Below are positions 28,838-50,000 of a stretch of 64,000 nucleotides of DNA, piece after piece. The number at the start of each line of letters is the position of its first letter. Position 1 is the first letter of the stretch. Source of the stretch: Salpingoeca rosetta (taxonomy: Eukaryota > Protista > Choanoflagellata). The translations under genes were made by a program, and so were the position numbers. The notes beneath the pieces were generated by a model, which was given only the letters and a program-made list of their open reading frames with translations, was not told the DNA's origin and did no database searches. The DNA lies in assembly GCA_033442325.1 (NCBI GenBank), contig JAWQFM010000008.1, positions 310,001 to 374,000 on the forward strand, written 5' to 3'.

Positions 28838-29444
28838 ATGATGCTGCCTGATGTGTCGAATTGGAGCGACGATGGCCTGGAAGGGGTGGTCAAGTCCATC
28901 TTCATGCCTGGCGTGAACAGCGGGGTGATTCGCTTTCTCAGCATCACGTTCATTGCTCTGTTTCTGAACAATGTGGGCTTGCTCATCTTCTTTGGACCAA
29001 ACCCACACGTCATCGTGCTTCTCCTCCTCACCATTGGCCTCGCCGCCGCCATGGCATGGTTAGCGCACTCTGGAAGCAGTACAGCAGTGTTTGCGTGCGT
29101 GCGTGTGTGTAGTGTACATGTGTGTGGTGTACATGTGTGTAGTGTGCGTCTGTGTGTGTGTGTGTGCACACGTGCACTTCCTTGCTCCACTCTTCCCACC
29201 ACCAACCACCAACCACCAACCATCTCATCATCAGCGACTCGCGTGTTTGCACATCCTCACTGTCAGGTTTGTCAAGGAGTTGCAAAAGGCAACGCGGGAA
29301 CAGGAAGCCAAGAAAGAAACAGAAGGCAAGGAGGACAGCAAAGAAGACAGCGGCAGCACTGACACCCAGCAGACGAATGCTGGAAAGAAGGACACCAAAC
29401 GCCGTCAAGCAACCAAGGCCAAGAAATCGGCAAAGGACAAGTGA
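28838..29444 (+). CDS. PKR1: ER membrane protein Pkr1-like (V-ATPase assembly factor)
   Basis: Two exons (28838-29058, 29267-29444) give SIFMPGVNSG...FIALFL...NPHVIVLLLLTIGL..AMAW|FVKEL plus a charged tail. This parallels the fungal Pkr1 pattern S.F.PG....F..L...N.H...L....L.....WF..EL. Confidence 0.72.
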
Positions 29445-30184
29445 CGGCCGCTCACGCACGCGTTAATGTGTGTGTGCGAATGTGCTGACACTCTTGCCCT
29501 TGACTGCAGTCTTCTGTGCTGCAGGCTTCCTCTCCTCTTCCCTTCCTCCTCTTGTTTCCACTAGGATAGACCTTTCTTGTTCTGTCGTGCATGTAGCTGT
29601 TTGCTGTAGCTGCTGCTGTAGCTGCTTGCTTTATTAGAGAGCAGCGTCTGTGCGCTTACTCAACAACCATACACACACGCGCACGAAACACACCCACGCA
29701 AATGCGATGCGCACGAAGGGAAAGAAGTGAGAGGTGGGGAAGAGGAAGAACAAGCCATGAAAAAGCAGCAAGCTACCACAACAGCAGCTACCACCACAAA
29801 GTGGTTTCCGCCCATTCGCTGCCGATAAGTCAACGAAGATATGACTACTTTTCACGACTTCTCGTTGTTTTGTCTCTCTGTTGTTGTTGTGTTCTGCGGC
29901 TGACGACGAGCAAGACGAAGCGAAGACGAAGCGAAGTTGGAGACAACAACAGTTGGCGCTCAGAGTAGCCACATCAGGAGGACCTTCTTGTTTGCTTCCC
30001 TGGCGCCGACTCACAGAAGTAGGGGCTCCCGCCTTCTTTGTCTTCTGTTGTGGTGCCAAGACTGCTTGTTGTCCCTTGCACATGATCAATTGCGCTTGTG
30101 CCAAGTGTGTTGTTCCTGCTTGTGTTCCTCACCCTTGGTGTGCGTGTCCTCCCTGTTCATTGACTGGGGTTGCAGGCTGCAGCG

Positions 30185-37187
<7,003 letters not shown>

Positions 37188-37442
37188 TCACCCGACTACT
37201 GGCTGTCCACCCTCCCCCTTCTCCTCCCCCTTCTCCTCCCCCTTCTCCCCCTTCCCATTATTCCCCATCCATGCATGCTTGCGACATGTCTGAGCGATCC
37301 TCACGTTGTTAAAGAGAGGTAAAACATCATCCGCAACACTCCTCGTGCGAGTTGTTCGCTTCTCAAAAAACAAAGCAAAGGTCAAAGAGGGGGGAAAACA
37401 CAAACAAGACGACACAGCGCACCACACCATCACACCACCACG

Positions 37443-38831
37443 ATGAGACGCAGTGCACGGCTGCGCAGCCTGCTGAAGGCCCGCACACAAGATCGCCAAC
37501 AGCAGGAAGCAGCGACTGGCCCGTCTTCGCCCACGTCTTCAACGACATCGTCGTCTGCTACAACATGCAGCACGTCCCCTTCCTCTTCTTCATCTTCCTC
37601 GTCCTCATCGTCGTCCTCATCATCGTTGTCAACATCCGTGTCGTCCGTGCGCACGAAGCGAGCCAAACGGCAGTCGCAGCAACAGTCGTCGGCAAGCAGG
37701 AGCAGTAGTGCTGCGGCCACGGTACCGGCAGCGTGGGATCGGCTACCGCCGGCGTTCCTCGAACTGTTTCAGCGCAAGCAGAGCCGCGCAGGCGAAGACG
37801 ACGAGCCGGGGCAGACCTTTGATGAGTACTTGACAGAGGCGAAGGAGCTTTCAAAGACGTACCGGCCACCCAAGACCCGCCGCGTAATCTACCTCCAGCC
37901 AATCGGCGACTTTTGTGACGATCCCCTTGACTTCGAGTGCCTGCAGCGGCTCTGTGCCGCCTTTTACGAGGGCATGGAAGTAAAGGTGCGCCCGACCTGG
38001 CCCATTGTCCAAGTGCCACCAGCGGAACAACAGCAACAACAGCAGCCCAAGACCAAGAGCAGTGTTGGCAATGGCAACGGTCAGAAACAGCAGGCAGCGT
38101 CGTCGTCATCGGCAACCTCAGCACAGGTGCCCGTCTCGGACACCGGGACCAGCAAGAAGACCAGCAATAGCACCAGCAGCAAAGGCGGCAGGGGCAAGAA
38201 GGGGGATGCCGGCGACACGGACACGTCGTCATCTTCATCAACGATGTTTGCGATCGAGACGCCCCATGGCTTCTTTGATCTTATCTCACGGCAGCGGGGA
38301 CCGCACGGCGAGACGCAGTTCTGCTTGCACGAGTTTGTGGATGCGGTCCTATACAAGATACCGAAGAACGCGTGGTGCGTGATGGCGGTGACCATGCACG
38401 ATCTGTTCGAAACCCCCGACGATGAGTTCTGTATGGGGCGGGCGTGGGGTGGCAGCCACGGCGGCGTTGTCGGCTTCAGGCGCTATGCACCAGATCTTCT
38501 CCCTCCAATCAAGCATGAAAAGGGGCTCAGCTCGCGGTCCTTGGTGACCTCACGTGCGGTGAAGACGCTCATCCATGAGATTGGGCACTGTTTCCTCATG
38601 GACCACTGCACGGAGTGTGTGTGCCTGATGAACGCCAGCTATTCCCTGGAACAAGACCTCAACATCCCCCTGTTGCTGTGCCCGACGGATCTGCACAAGC
38701 TGCAGCACGCGTTGCGAAGCACGGACATACGCACACGTTACCGTGGTCTTGCTGATGCGTATGCGCAGTACCCTTTGTTCTTCTCCCGCGAACGACAACA
38801 TGTCCTCGCCGCCCTCAAGGCCTTGGGTTGA
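37443..38831 (+). CDS. Archaemetzincin (peptidase M54, AMZ2-like), intronless
   Basis: 462-aa ORF with [35 protein letters not shown]...CLMN and LCPTDLHKL. Confidence 0.88.
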   Translation: MRRSARLRSLLKARTQDRQQQEAATGPSSPTSSTTSSSATTCSTSPSSSSSSSSSSSSSSSLSTSVSSVRTKRAKRQSQQQSSASRSSSAAATVPAAWDRLPPAFLELFQRKQSRAGEDDEPGQTFDEYLTEAKELSKTYRPPKTRRVIYLQPIGDFCDDPLDFECLQRLCAAFYEGMEVKVRPTWPIVQVPPAEQQQQQQPKTKSSVGNGNGQKQQAASSSSATSAQVPVSDTGTSKKTSNSTSSKGGRGKKGDAGDTDTSSSSSTMFAIETPHGFFDLISRQRGPHGETQFCLHEFVDAVLYKIPKNAWCVMAVTMHDLFETPDDEFCMGRAWGGSHGGVVGFRRYAPDLLPPIKHEKGLSSRSLVTSRAVKTLIHEIGHCFLMDHCTECVCLMNASYSLEQDLNIPLLLCPTDLHKLQHALRSTDIRTRYRGLADAYAQYPLFFSRERQHVLAALKALG

Positions 38832-39200
38832 ACGTGGCTCGTGTATGTGTGTGTGTGTATGTGTGAGCGCGCGCGCGCGTGTGTGTGTGCGCGCGTGTGT
38901 GTGTGTGCGTGTGTGTATGTGTGTGTGCGTGTGTGTATGTGTATGTGCGCGCGTGTATGTGTGTGTGCGTGTGTGCGTGTGTGCGTGTGTGCGTGCTGCG
39001 TGTGGCCTGTGTATGGGCGCTTTTCAATGTGTATGTCTGTGTCCATATGTGCACGCGCGTTGTGTGCCTGTACTTCCCTCCTGTGCATTTGCGAACGCCT
39101 CCGTTCGTGTCGGTGTCTTCCTACCATGTGCTATTCCATTTGTGAATAGTGTTTTCTTGTTGTGTAAGTGACTCGCATGCTTTGATTCTCCTCCTCACTG

Positions 39201-39267
<67 letters not shown>

Positions 39268-39481
39268 TGTAAGTATGAGTGTATGTGAGCGAGTGAGGCA
39301 GAAAAATATACATACCACTGAGCTCTTAATTCCTCACCAAACCCGCAAGGAAACAAGAAAGATAACATTTTTTTTTTCCTCNNNNNNNNNNNNNNNNNNN
39401 NNNNNNNNNNNNNNNNNNNNNNNNNNNNNNNNNNNNNNNNNNNNNNNNNNNNNNNNNNNNNNNNNNNNNNNNNNNNNNNNN

Positions 39482-39554
<73 letters not shown>

Positions 39555-40415
39555 GCTTGCGTCTCACTCTTGTGTGATCAGCTTCGCGCTCTCCCTCCAC
39601 ATGTCATACCACATATCGGCAACGCCCTCTATGGCATGTCGACACACAAAACGTCGCACCAGCAAGCAGCGGCACACGGAACACGCGTGCTCGGCGACAA
39701 CGCAACAATACAAGGGAATGCAATCAAGGCAAGTAAGCAACGTGGGTCAAGGTAGAGAACGTACAAAACCACAGTCCATTCGCGTGCCATGTAGTGTGGT
39801 CAGAGTCAATCAATCAAATAATCAAAGCAAAGCGTTGACAGAGGGGGGGGGGGGATGAAGCATACACACACACGCGCGCGCGCGCACGCACGTGATGGTT
39901 GTGTTGACACGGCAAGTTCAACGAGTAGGACGAGAGTGAACAGTGCAGCAAGAAGCGACGGTACAGCATGGACACGCTGACATGAGGCCAAAGTGACGGG
40001 CGCAAGATGGAACATGAAGCATGAAGCATGCAACATGAACGGCGCAATATCGGCGACTATCGTAGTGTGCCACAGACAGAAACACAAAAGGAAAAAAAGA
40101 GCAACATGCGTGCTTGTCAACAGACAAGTAACGCGAAAGGGAACGATGAGACGGCAAGCTTGGTCGATGGCACAATGTACAGGACAGGCCAACGTACAGC
40201 AGGGGGAGGTAACACAACCGATACTGGAGCCATTGCTCTGATGAAACCACACGCTGAATAACACCAGCAATGTGAACCAGAAGCAGACCAGAGATCAAAG
40301 GCAAGGGTGGTGAAGAGCGCAGGCGGGGCGAAGGAATAAAAGCTATGGATGCATGGGTACGTGGGTACATGAATGCATGGATAAGATGTTGATGTGATGG
40401 CTGCGTGATCGCGTG

Positions 40416-40995
40416 TCAAAAGCCCTCAAACACCTCTGCAAACTTGCAGGTGGACGCAGTTGCAATCGGCTCCTCGTCATATTTGTCGTACTGCGAATCA
40501 TCCATCAGCGACTGCACAGCGCAGAAGAGAGAGAGAGAGTGAGAGAGAGAGTGTGTGTGTGTGCGTGAGTGTGTGTGTGAGAGAGTGAGAGAGAGAGAGA
40601 GACAGAGACAGAGAGAGAGAGAGACAAAGAGAGAATGTGTGTGCATGTGTGCGTGTGTGTATGAGTGCAGTGAACGCGAGAGGCACGCGTACTCATGATG
40701 ATAAAGGCAGCACATGCGATCGCATACACACACACGGCACAAGTAAATCGCCACACACATGCGCACATCGCGCCAAGATGCATTACGCACGCTGATGGGC
40801 GGGATGTACGGCGCTGGCAGTGATCGATGAACAACAGCATCCCAGTCCAGACCCGTGAACCATTGGTGTTGCTGTGCATGAAAGAAAGCGGACACAGGGG
40901 TGTGGCAGGTGGTGGTCAATGGTGAATCCATGTTGAATCAGCACAGATATGTACTCGCACGCAAGATGGAACGAAGTGATGGATACACACGCACA

Positions 40996-41030
<35 letters not shown>

Positions 41031-42712
41031 GCGCGCGCGCGCGCACGCACACACATACAAACGCAGAGCAGAGGACAGCACAGCATGTCGCACCTTGATA
41101 TCGAGAGCCCCGTTGTGCATGGCACCAAGGCGGCGGGTGACATCAGACTGAAGAAGACCGCGCAGTATGTGGCGCAGCGATGGCGAGAAGCACGACACAA
41201 AGCGCAGCTTGTTGGAGATGATTTTGTCGTACACAGTCATGGGGTCGCCGTAATACGGCGGAAAGCCCTGATGAGTGTCGGAACAAGTGAGGAAATGAGA
41301 GACGACGAGAGAGAGAGTGTGTGTGTGTGTGCGTGTGTGTGTGTTGTGCCCATGTGAATGCAAGTGGGCAGGTGTGCGTGTGTGTGTGTGCTTGGATGCG
41401 GGTCACGTCACTGCGCAAGAAAACATAATCACGACGTCATCTGGCTGCAATCCTCCAAACCACTGACGCCGCAGCAGCTATCAAACCACGCTGTTGTGTT
41501 GTTGCACTCACCGCGCACATTTCGTAGATGAAAACGCCAACCGCCCACCAGTCGACGGCGGTGCCGTACCCTTTCATCATGATGATCTCGGGTGCAAGGT
41601 ACTCTGGCGTGCCACACAGCGTCCACGTGACACCGTCAACAACCTTGGCAAACCCAAAGTCTGTAAGTTTGATGTACCCATCGTGCGAGAAGAGAAGGTT
41701 CTCGGGCTTCAGATCTCTGTGGAAGGAAGGGGACGAGGATTTCGGATGGAACAAAGACACGTGAGTGGGAGCGGGGGTGCTTGACACTGAGAGAGGGTCA
41801 CTGTGTGCTTGAGGCACTGATAGGAGCACACATGTCGGAAACAGGAAGTTGTGTGTGTGTGTGTGGGGGGGGGGAAGAGGCAAGGGAAGCAGAAAGAAAG
41901 GCAGAGACAGAGAGGGAGAGCAATAACTGTGCACACGCACACGCACACGCACGCACACGCACACGCACACACACCTGTATGCGATGTGTCGGGCGTGGAG
42001 AAACTCAAGCGCGAGGATGACCTGGCTGGCGTAGAAGGCAGCAACGGGCTCTGGGTAGCGGGTGGCGCGCCGCAGGTGCGAAAACACCTCACCACCAGGG
42101 ATGTACTGGCACAAACACACACACACACACACACACACACAATTTCGTGCATGAGTGAGTGGGTGGGCGAACGAGCTCACCACAGACATGGCCGGCGAAC
42201 AGACTGTCACATGCGAAGCAGAGTAGCACAAAGACGCAATCACAAGCACACCAAAGCAAAGCAGAGCACCACGAGCACAGGCACGTTCAGGCATGTAATC
42301 ATTGCAATTCACTAACACACGCACATGCACGCCCACCCACACGCGCGCATGCACGCACACACACGTACATGCACACACACGCACAATCTCTCTGTCACAC
42401 ATGCACACTCATGCACAAGGACGCAAAACACAGAGATTCGAACAACCACGCTCGTACATGCACACGTCAGGTACCTCCAGCGCCATGAACAGGTTGTTGT
42501 TGTCTTTGAAGGACGACAGGAGGTCGACAATGAACGGATGTCGTGCTGTTTGCAGAATGTTCTTCTCATTGATGGTGTGCTCCACTGCAGAAACGTTCAT
42601 GTGAATGATGCAGAGGCCGAGAGTTGCCGTTCACATGAGGAGTAGTGTTGACAGACGTAAGCAGCAAACAAACCAAATCACTGCACAAGCCAAAACCAAC
42701 ACACACACGCAC

Positions 42713-42751
<39 letters not shown>

Positions 42752-43423
42752 CGTGCGCGCGCGTCAGCTGACCTTGCTTGAGGCGAATGACCTTCTCCTT
42801 CTCAAGCACCTTGAGGGCACATGGTGCTTGCGTTGGCAAGTACGTGGCAAGATACACACGGCCAAAGGACCCAGTGCCCACAGTCCGCACAATGTCAAAT
42901 TGCGACAAGTTTGACGGCGCAGAAACCGTGGGCATTGCCGCATCTGTTGGGTGCTGTTGTTGTTGCTGGTATTGCGGCTGTTGGTATTGGTGGTCCTGCT
43001 GTTGTTGCTGGTACTGCTGTTGCTGGTGATGGTGCTGCTGGAACTGAAATGGCTGATGCAAGTGAGGCTGTACCTGCGGAGGGTTGAACGAAGCACCAAC
43101 GGAGATCCCTGCCAAGGGTTTGGCAGCTGGTTTGCGCGCAATGCAACAGCGACATGGCACCGCGAGCAAAGTTCAACGTGAGCAGCACACATCAGGAATG
43201 TCCGAAGTGGAACAGGTGACGTTCGATTGTGTGAGCGTTCATCGTTGTGGAGGGGGATCGTGTGACCACGTGATCATGAGTCAATCAGAGGGGCAGAGCA
43301 CTGATCATTTATTGAAGCTCGTATGTACATGAGCGTACACGTGTTCTTGTGTGTGTGTGTTCTTGTGTGTGCGTGCGTGCGTGTGTGCGTGCGTGCGTGT
43401 GTGTGTTGTGTGTGTGTGTGTGT

Positions 43424-43489
<66 letters not shown>

Positions 43490-43680
43490 GTGGGTATGTG
43501 GGTGATCCTGGCCGAGACAGAGACACGCAGCACGGGGGAGATCTTGGACAATGAAAACGTACTCGATGCCGCGGAGGTGGCGGCGGATGCGTGCGAGTGG
43601 GGCGCAGACATGATGGTGGCAACTGAGGTTGAAGATGCGGATGGAACGGACGCGGGCGGGCGAAGCGGTGAGGGAAGCAT
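40416..43680 (-). CDS. cAMP-dependent protein kinase catalytic subunit (PKA-C family) with a Ser/Ala- and Gln-rich N-terminal extension
   Basis: [13 protein letters not shown]|[25 protein letters not shown]|[40 protein letters not shown] and a C-terminal FEGF* hydrophobic motif. The start at 43680 has an in-frame stop upstream in the same exon. Confidence 0.92.
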
Positions 43681-43690
43681 GCCAGGACCT

Positions 43691-43732
43691 TCAGTGCCAC
43701 GGTGATGCCAGCGTTGCACAGTGGAGCTTCAT
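43691..43732 (-). promoter_or_regulatory. Candidate uORF (MKLHCATLASPWH*) in the PKA-C 5' leader
   Basis: ATG at 43732 and TGA at 43691-43693, ending 10 nt before the predicted main ATG at 43680. Confidence 0.45.
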
Positions 43733-44805
43733 TCGCTGATGCAAAGCCAGAATGAGTCCGCTGTGCAAACAAAACGAGGGATGCGTGCGTGTGAGTGTGT
43801 GGGTGTGCGTGAGGGTGTGAGTGTGTGTGTGTGCGTGAGGGTGTGAGTTTGTGAGTGTGCGTGAGAGCGTGAGTGAGAGAGAGACACAGAGGGAGTGTGT
43901 GTGTGTGTGTTTGTGAATCAGAGAGTGCGTGCGTGCGTGCGGGCGTGCGTCTGTGCTTGAGTTGGAAGGGATTGGGAATAGGTGAATGAAAAAAGGCAGA
44001 GGCAGTGTGTGTGTGTGTATGTGCACGAAGTCGATCAAGGAGAGGTTGGACACGAGACGCTCACATCCACGCAATAGCAGTGGATTGCCTTTGTGCGTGT
44101 GTGCGTGTGTGCGTGTGTGCGTGTGTGCGTGTGTGCGTGTGTGCGTGTGTGCGTGTGTTGACGACACAGTGCAAGTCAACTTCGCAGCACCATCACGCAC
44201 GCACACACAACACATGCACGCACACACGGGGCAGAGAAATGCGTGTACGTTGCGAGATCGATCCGATGTGGCACCAGCACAGCCAAGGAGCAGAAGGGGA
44301 AGGAGAAGAAGGTCGCAAAGGTGGAGCAAACAAAGTGGAGCGGAACCGGCAGCAACAAACAAAGAAAGCAAAGGAAACAGTGGAGCGCTGGAGAAGCAAA
44401 CGGCTTCACAACACCACGGCCAACCACCGGGGGAGGGGGCACAGGAGAGGCAGCGACGATGAAGAGGAAGAGGGGGAAGGGGGGTAGCACTCACCAAGCG
44501 TCTTCTTGGTCGATTCGTCTGGCAGCTTGGGGGACGAAGGCAGGCAGGGCGAAATTGCTTTCGCTGCTTGCTTGGCTTTCGTTTCGCCCAACACACCACC
44601 ACCAGCAACGGCAGCACAACGGCAGCCAAGAAGGCAGGCAGGCAGGACAACGAGAAGAAGGAGGACGCGTTGGGCGAAATGCCTTGAATTTATTCGTGGT
44701 TTGGCGATGCGAAGTGCTGAGTCAGCGAAAACACCACACACAAAGGGGAAAGGAGAGAAGCACACCAAGAACAACATCATCAGCACAGCACGTGGACCAC
44801 CAACA

Positions 44806-46708
<1,903 letters not shown>

Positions 46709-47064
46709 CTCTTTCTTTCGTTCTGGGTGTGTTCACAATGTCAACGAGTGATGTGGCTTTGCTGTTATGTAATCCGAACCCTGCACCCACCAAAAATAAC
46801 AACACCTTTTGGTCGCTCATCATCAAAGACAGAAAGAAGCAGGGCGGGCCTATGTCACACCACAACAATGCAGCACCACAAGGGAGGGGGAGGTAGAGGT
46901 AGAGGGTTTCACACTACTAACCAAGGTAGGGCCAAAAAGAGAAAAAGGGAGGAAAGGGGAAGAGGGGAAAAAGAGAGAAAGAAGGGGTGAAGTAGAGCAT
47001 GACTGGAGGGCGCCTGAACCAGGACGCGCGAGGCCGCAGTAAAGCATCAGCGGGAGCACTCGCC

Positions 47065-50000
47065 TCAGCCCTTCAGAGACGACATGCCAGCACGCATCAC
47101 CTCGTCCACGAGCAACAAGTTGCTGGCAATCACCGTGCTGTTTGTGTTGTCAAAAACGGTGGCAGAGGCGGCAAGGGGTAACGTGATGTGAGCGGTTGTT
47201 GGAACACGAGGCGAGACACAGGCACGCGTTTGGTAATGCAGCTGCACGAGAGATGCAAGCAGCAGAAACAAACAGCAGAAACGAACTACGGGCGCTTGGA
47301 ACAACAACAACAACAACAACAATAACGACTGCCCACACGCGCACACACAGATGGCGAGCATACAACAACCAAGCGCACACAAAATTCTGCAATCACACTC
47401 ACCAAGACTGCAGGAGTTGCCTCTTGACACGGTAGTTATCCAGGATACCCTCCTCAGCAGGCAAGCATGCCTCGCCGTTGCTGAGATCAATACCAATGGG
47501 CTCATCGCTGTTTTGCGCCTCCTCCTGTCGAAACAAAAAGTTAACACAGAGGGAATGACGCAAACACAGTGGACGTGGTGAGCCCAAAAAAAAAAAAAGT
47601 AAATGCACTCGGGCACACACGCAAAGCATTATCACACACACACAAGCATGTTCAGACACACGAAACGCTACACATCGTGTACCTGAAGCTTGACCAGTGT
47701 TGCCTGTGAGTCGTAGCCGGCGTTCTTGGCGAGCGTCTTCGGAATGACCAGAAGAGCATCGGCAAACGCCTGCACGCCAAGGCGGGCCTGGCCCTTGACC
47801 TCCGACTTGAAGGTCATGAGCGCCTTGTGTGCCGTGAGCTCAAATGCGGCGGCACCGGGGACAACGCAGTCGTCCTCAACGGCGTTCTTGATGGCGCGCA
47901 GGCCGTCCCGGATGGCCTCCTTAATCTGCTTGATGGTAAAGTTGTTGGGGCCCTTGATCAGCATCGTCACGGAACGGGGGTCCTTGACCTTCTCCACAAA
48001 GGTGAACTTCTGCTCGCCAAGCACGTGCTCATACACAACACCGGCGTAACCAAGGCAGGACTCGTCAAGCTCCTCCACAGAGTTCATTGCAGTGCCGCCG
48101 CACGCACGGGTCAACCTGCACATTTGCACAAAACGCATGATGCAACGAGGCAAAAAAAAAAAACCAGGAAAAGCATAAGGAGCACAGAGAGAGAGAGAAA
48201 GACGGGCAAAGTGCAAACATGTGTGTGACGACGTAGGTGAGAAGGGTGATGTTCAAAATTGAAAACAGTGCTGAAGCACGGACCAAATACATTCCACAAA
48301 GAAACGGGCGCTTGCAATGTCTCAGAAATAAAAGGCAATAAAGGTTGTCTGCACGAGAAGTTGACTCTCTCAGTACAGGTCTGTGTTATTTTGTTCATCA
48401 GGGACACTTGCTGTTGGAGCACATGCACACACACACAAATCAAAAACGGAACACAACAGACGGTCGTGCGTGTAGTTGGGTGGCGTGATAGCGCACGTAA
48501 CGCACCTCTCCATGTTACGGCGCTTTGCACGGCGGAGGGCGAGGATGTTCTCCTTGGCCAGCATGGTGAGGGAGATTGGGTCAATACCCTTCTGGTTGAG
48601 GACAACAAACTGCTTGTCCGTACCATCGCACACCTTCTTCTTCAACTCGATGATTTTCCTCACGCGGTCGTCAATGAACTTGCGCTCGGCGGCCACCATC
48701 TTTTCCCGATCCGCAGCCGTCTTGTAGAAGAAGCCAGAGTTGACCTCGCTGTGTGTGTGTGTGTGTGTGTCGAGGGTAGATAGGCGTTTAGCGTGAGTGT
48801 GGCGAGCGGTGATGGTGAAATCAGCCGAGGCAGTGCCATGACATAAAATGGCTAGGTTGGGCACAAGAAAAGCCAGGAAAGAAGGACACAAACAAAAACA
48901 AAACAGCACACAAAAAGAAAGAAACACAACAATACAAACACATACACACACACACGATACGAGGCTCGACAACGAATCAGCAAAAGAGACAGTATCAACA
49001 TGGATTAAATGTGGTGTACAGCCACGTTCTGTCCGCCCGTCTCAGTTCTTCATCACATCCGCAACACGAGCCAACATACACACACACACACAAACTAATA
49101 ACAAGGAGAAGGAACACAAAGGATATGCGCCATGAGCACAACAGCAAGCACGAGGCGGACTTACGTCTTTTCGTATTCGAGGGAGACGTTGCAGGTGAGG
49201 ATGTAGCAGTTCTCAAGGTACTTTGGCATGTCGGGGTGGCGAGCACCGTGGTCCATGACAATGCCCTTGACAAGCTTTGTGTCGGTCTCTGTCTTGTGCT
49301 GCATGTCCATAATCTCAATCATGAACAAGTCCAGCGGCTGCCCCTCTTGGCGAATGGTCAGCACTGCGTCCACAAGATCCTGTTAATTGTTCGTGATGTG
49401 ACAAAGGAGAGTATTATGGCCGGAGCGAACACGAAAAGAGTGAGAAGGCGGTTGACAAGGTAGGTTGAACGCATGAGAAACACGGCAATCACAACACAGC
49501 TAAACACACGAGTGCAACGCACGTGTACACCACCACAGCAAGGAAGCGCCACATCACAGAACCACAAAACAGAAAAACAGCGCGAGTGCTGCTCACCTCC
49601 GTGAGCCTGTCTGCGAGGGCGGTCTCGAGCTTGGTGCGGAGGGAAGTGCGAGCGACGGAGATGAGCGTATCCCTATCGATGCTGCCGCGCTGTTGCTTAA
49701 TCTCCTCAAGCACACGAAGGCTTTCTGCCTTGGCTTGCTCGAAGCCATCGGTGATGTGACGAGGATGGGATCCCTAAGGTGGAGGAGGAGGAGGTGGTGC
49801 ATAAAAGTGGAAAGGTCGACAAGGTACAGTGAGACTGGCTGGGGTGCAAGCGGTGTCTGCGTGGGAATTGAGAGGAAGCAGCCAAAGGTGTACGAGGAAG
49901 TCCCCGCCGCTAGAGGCGCACGAGTGTCTTGCATTGCACCACATGTTGTGATGCCCGAAAAAGTCCATGTAGGCAACCTCCATAGCAAACACAAGCGAAC

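Noticed and set aside
28738-29223. N-terminal 162-aa extension of the 461-aa minus-strand ORF
   Set aside because: It is antisense to PKR1 exon 1. The signal peptide begins at the ATG at 28737.
39560-40415. Possible extra gene between archaemetzincin and PKA-C
   Set aside because: No convincing ORF or splice chain. It is consistent with the PKA-C 3' UTR.
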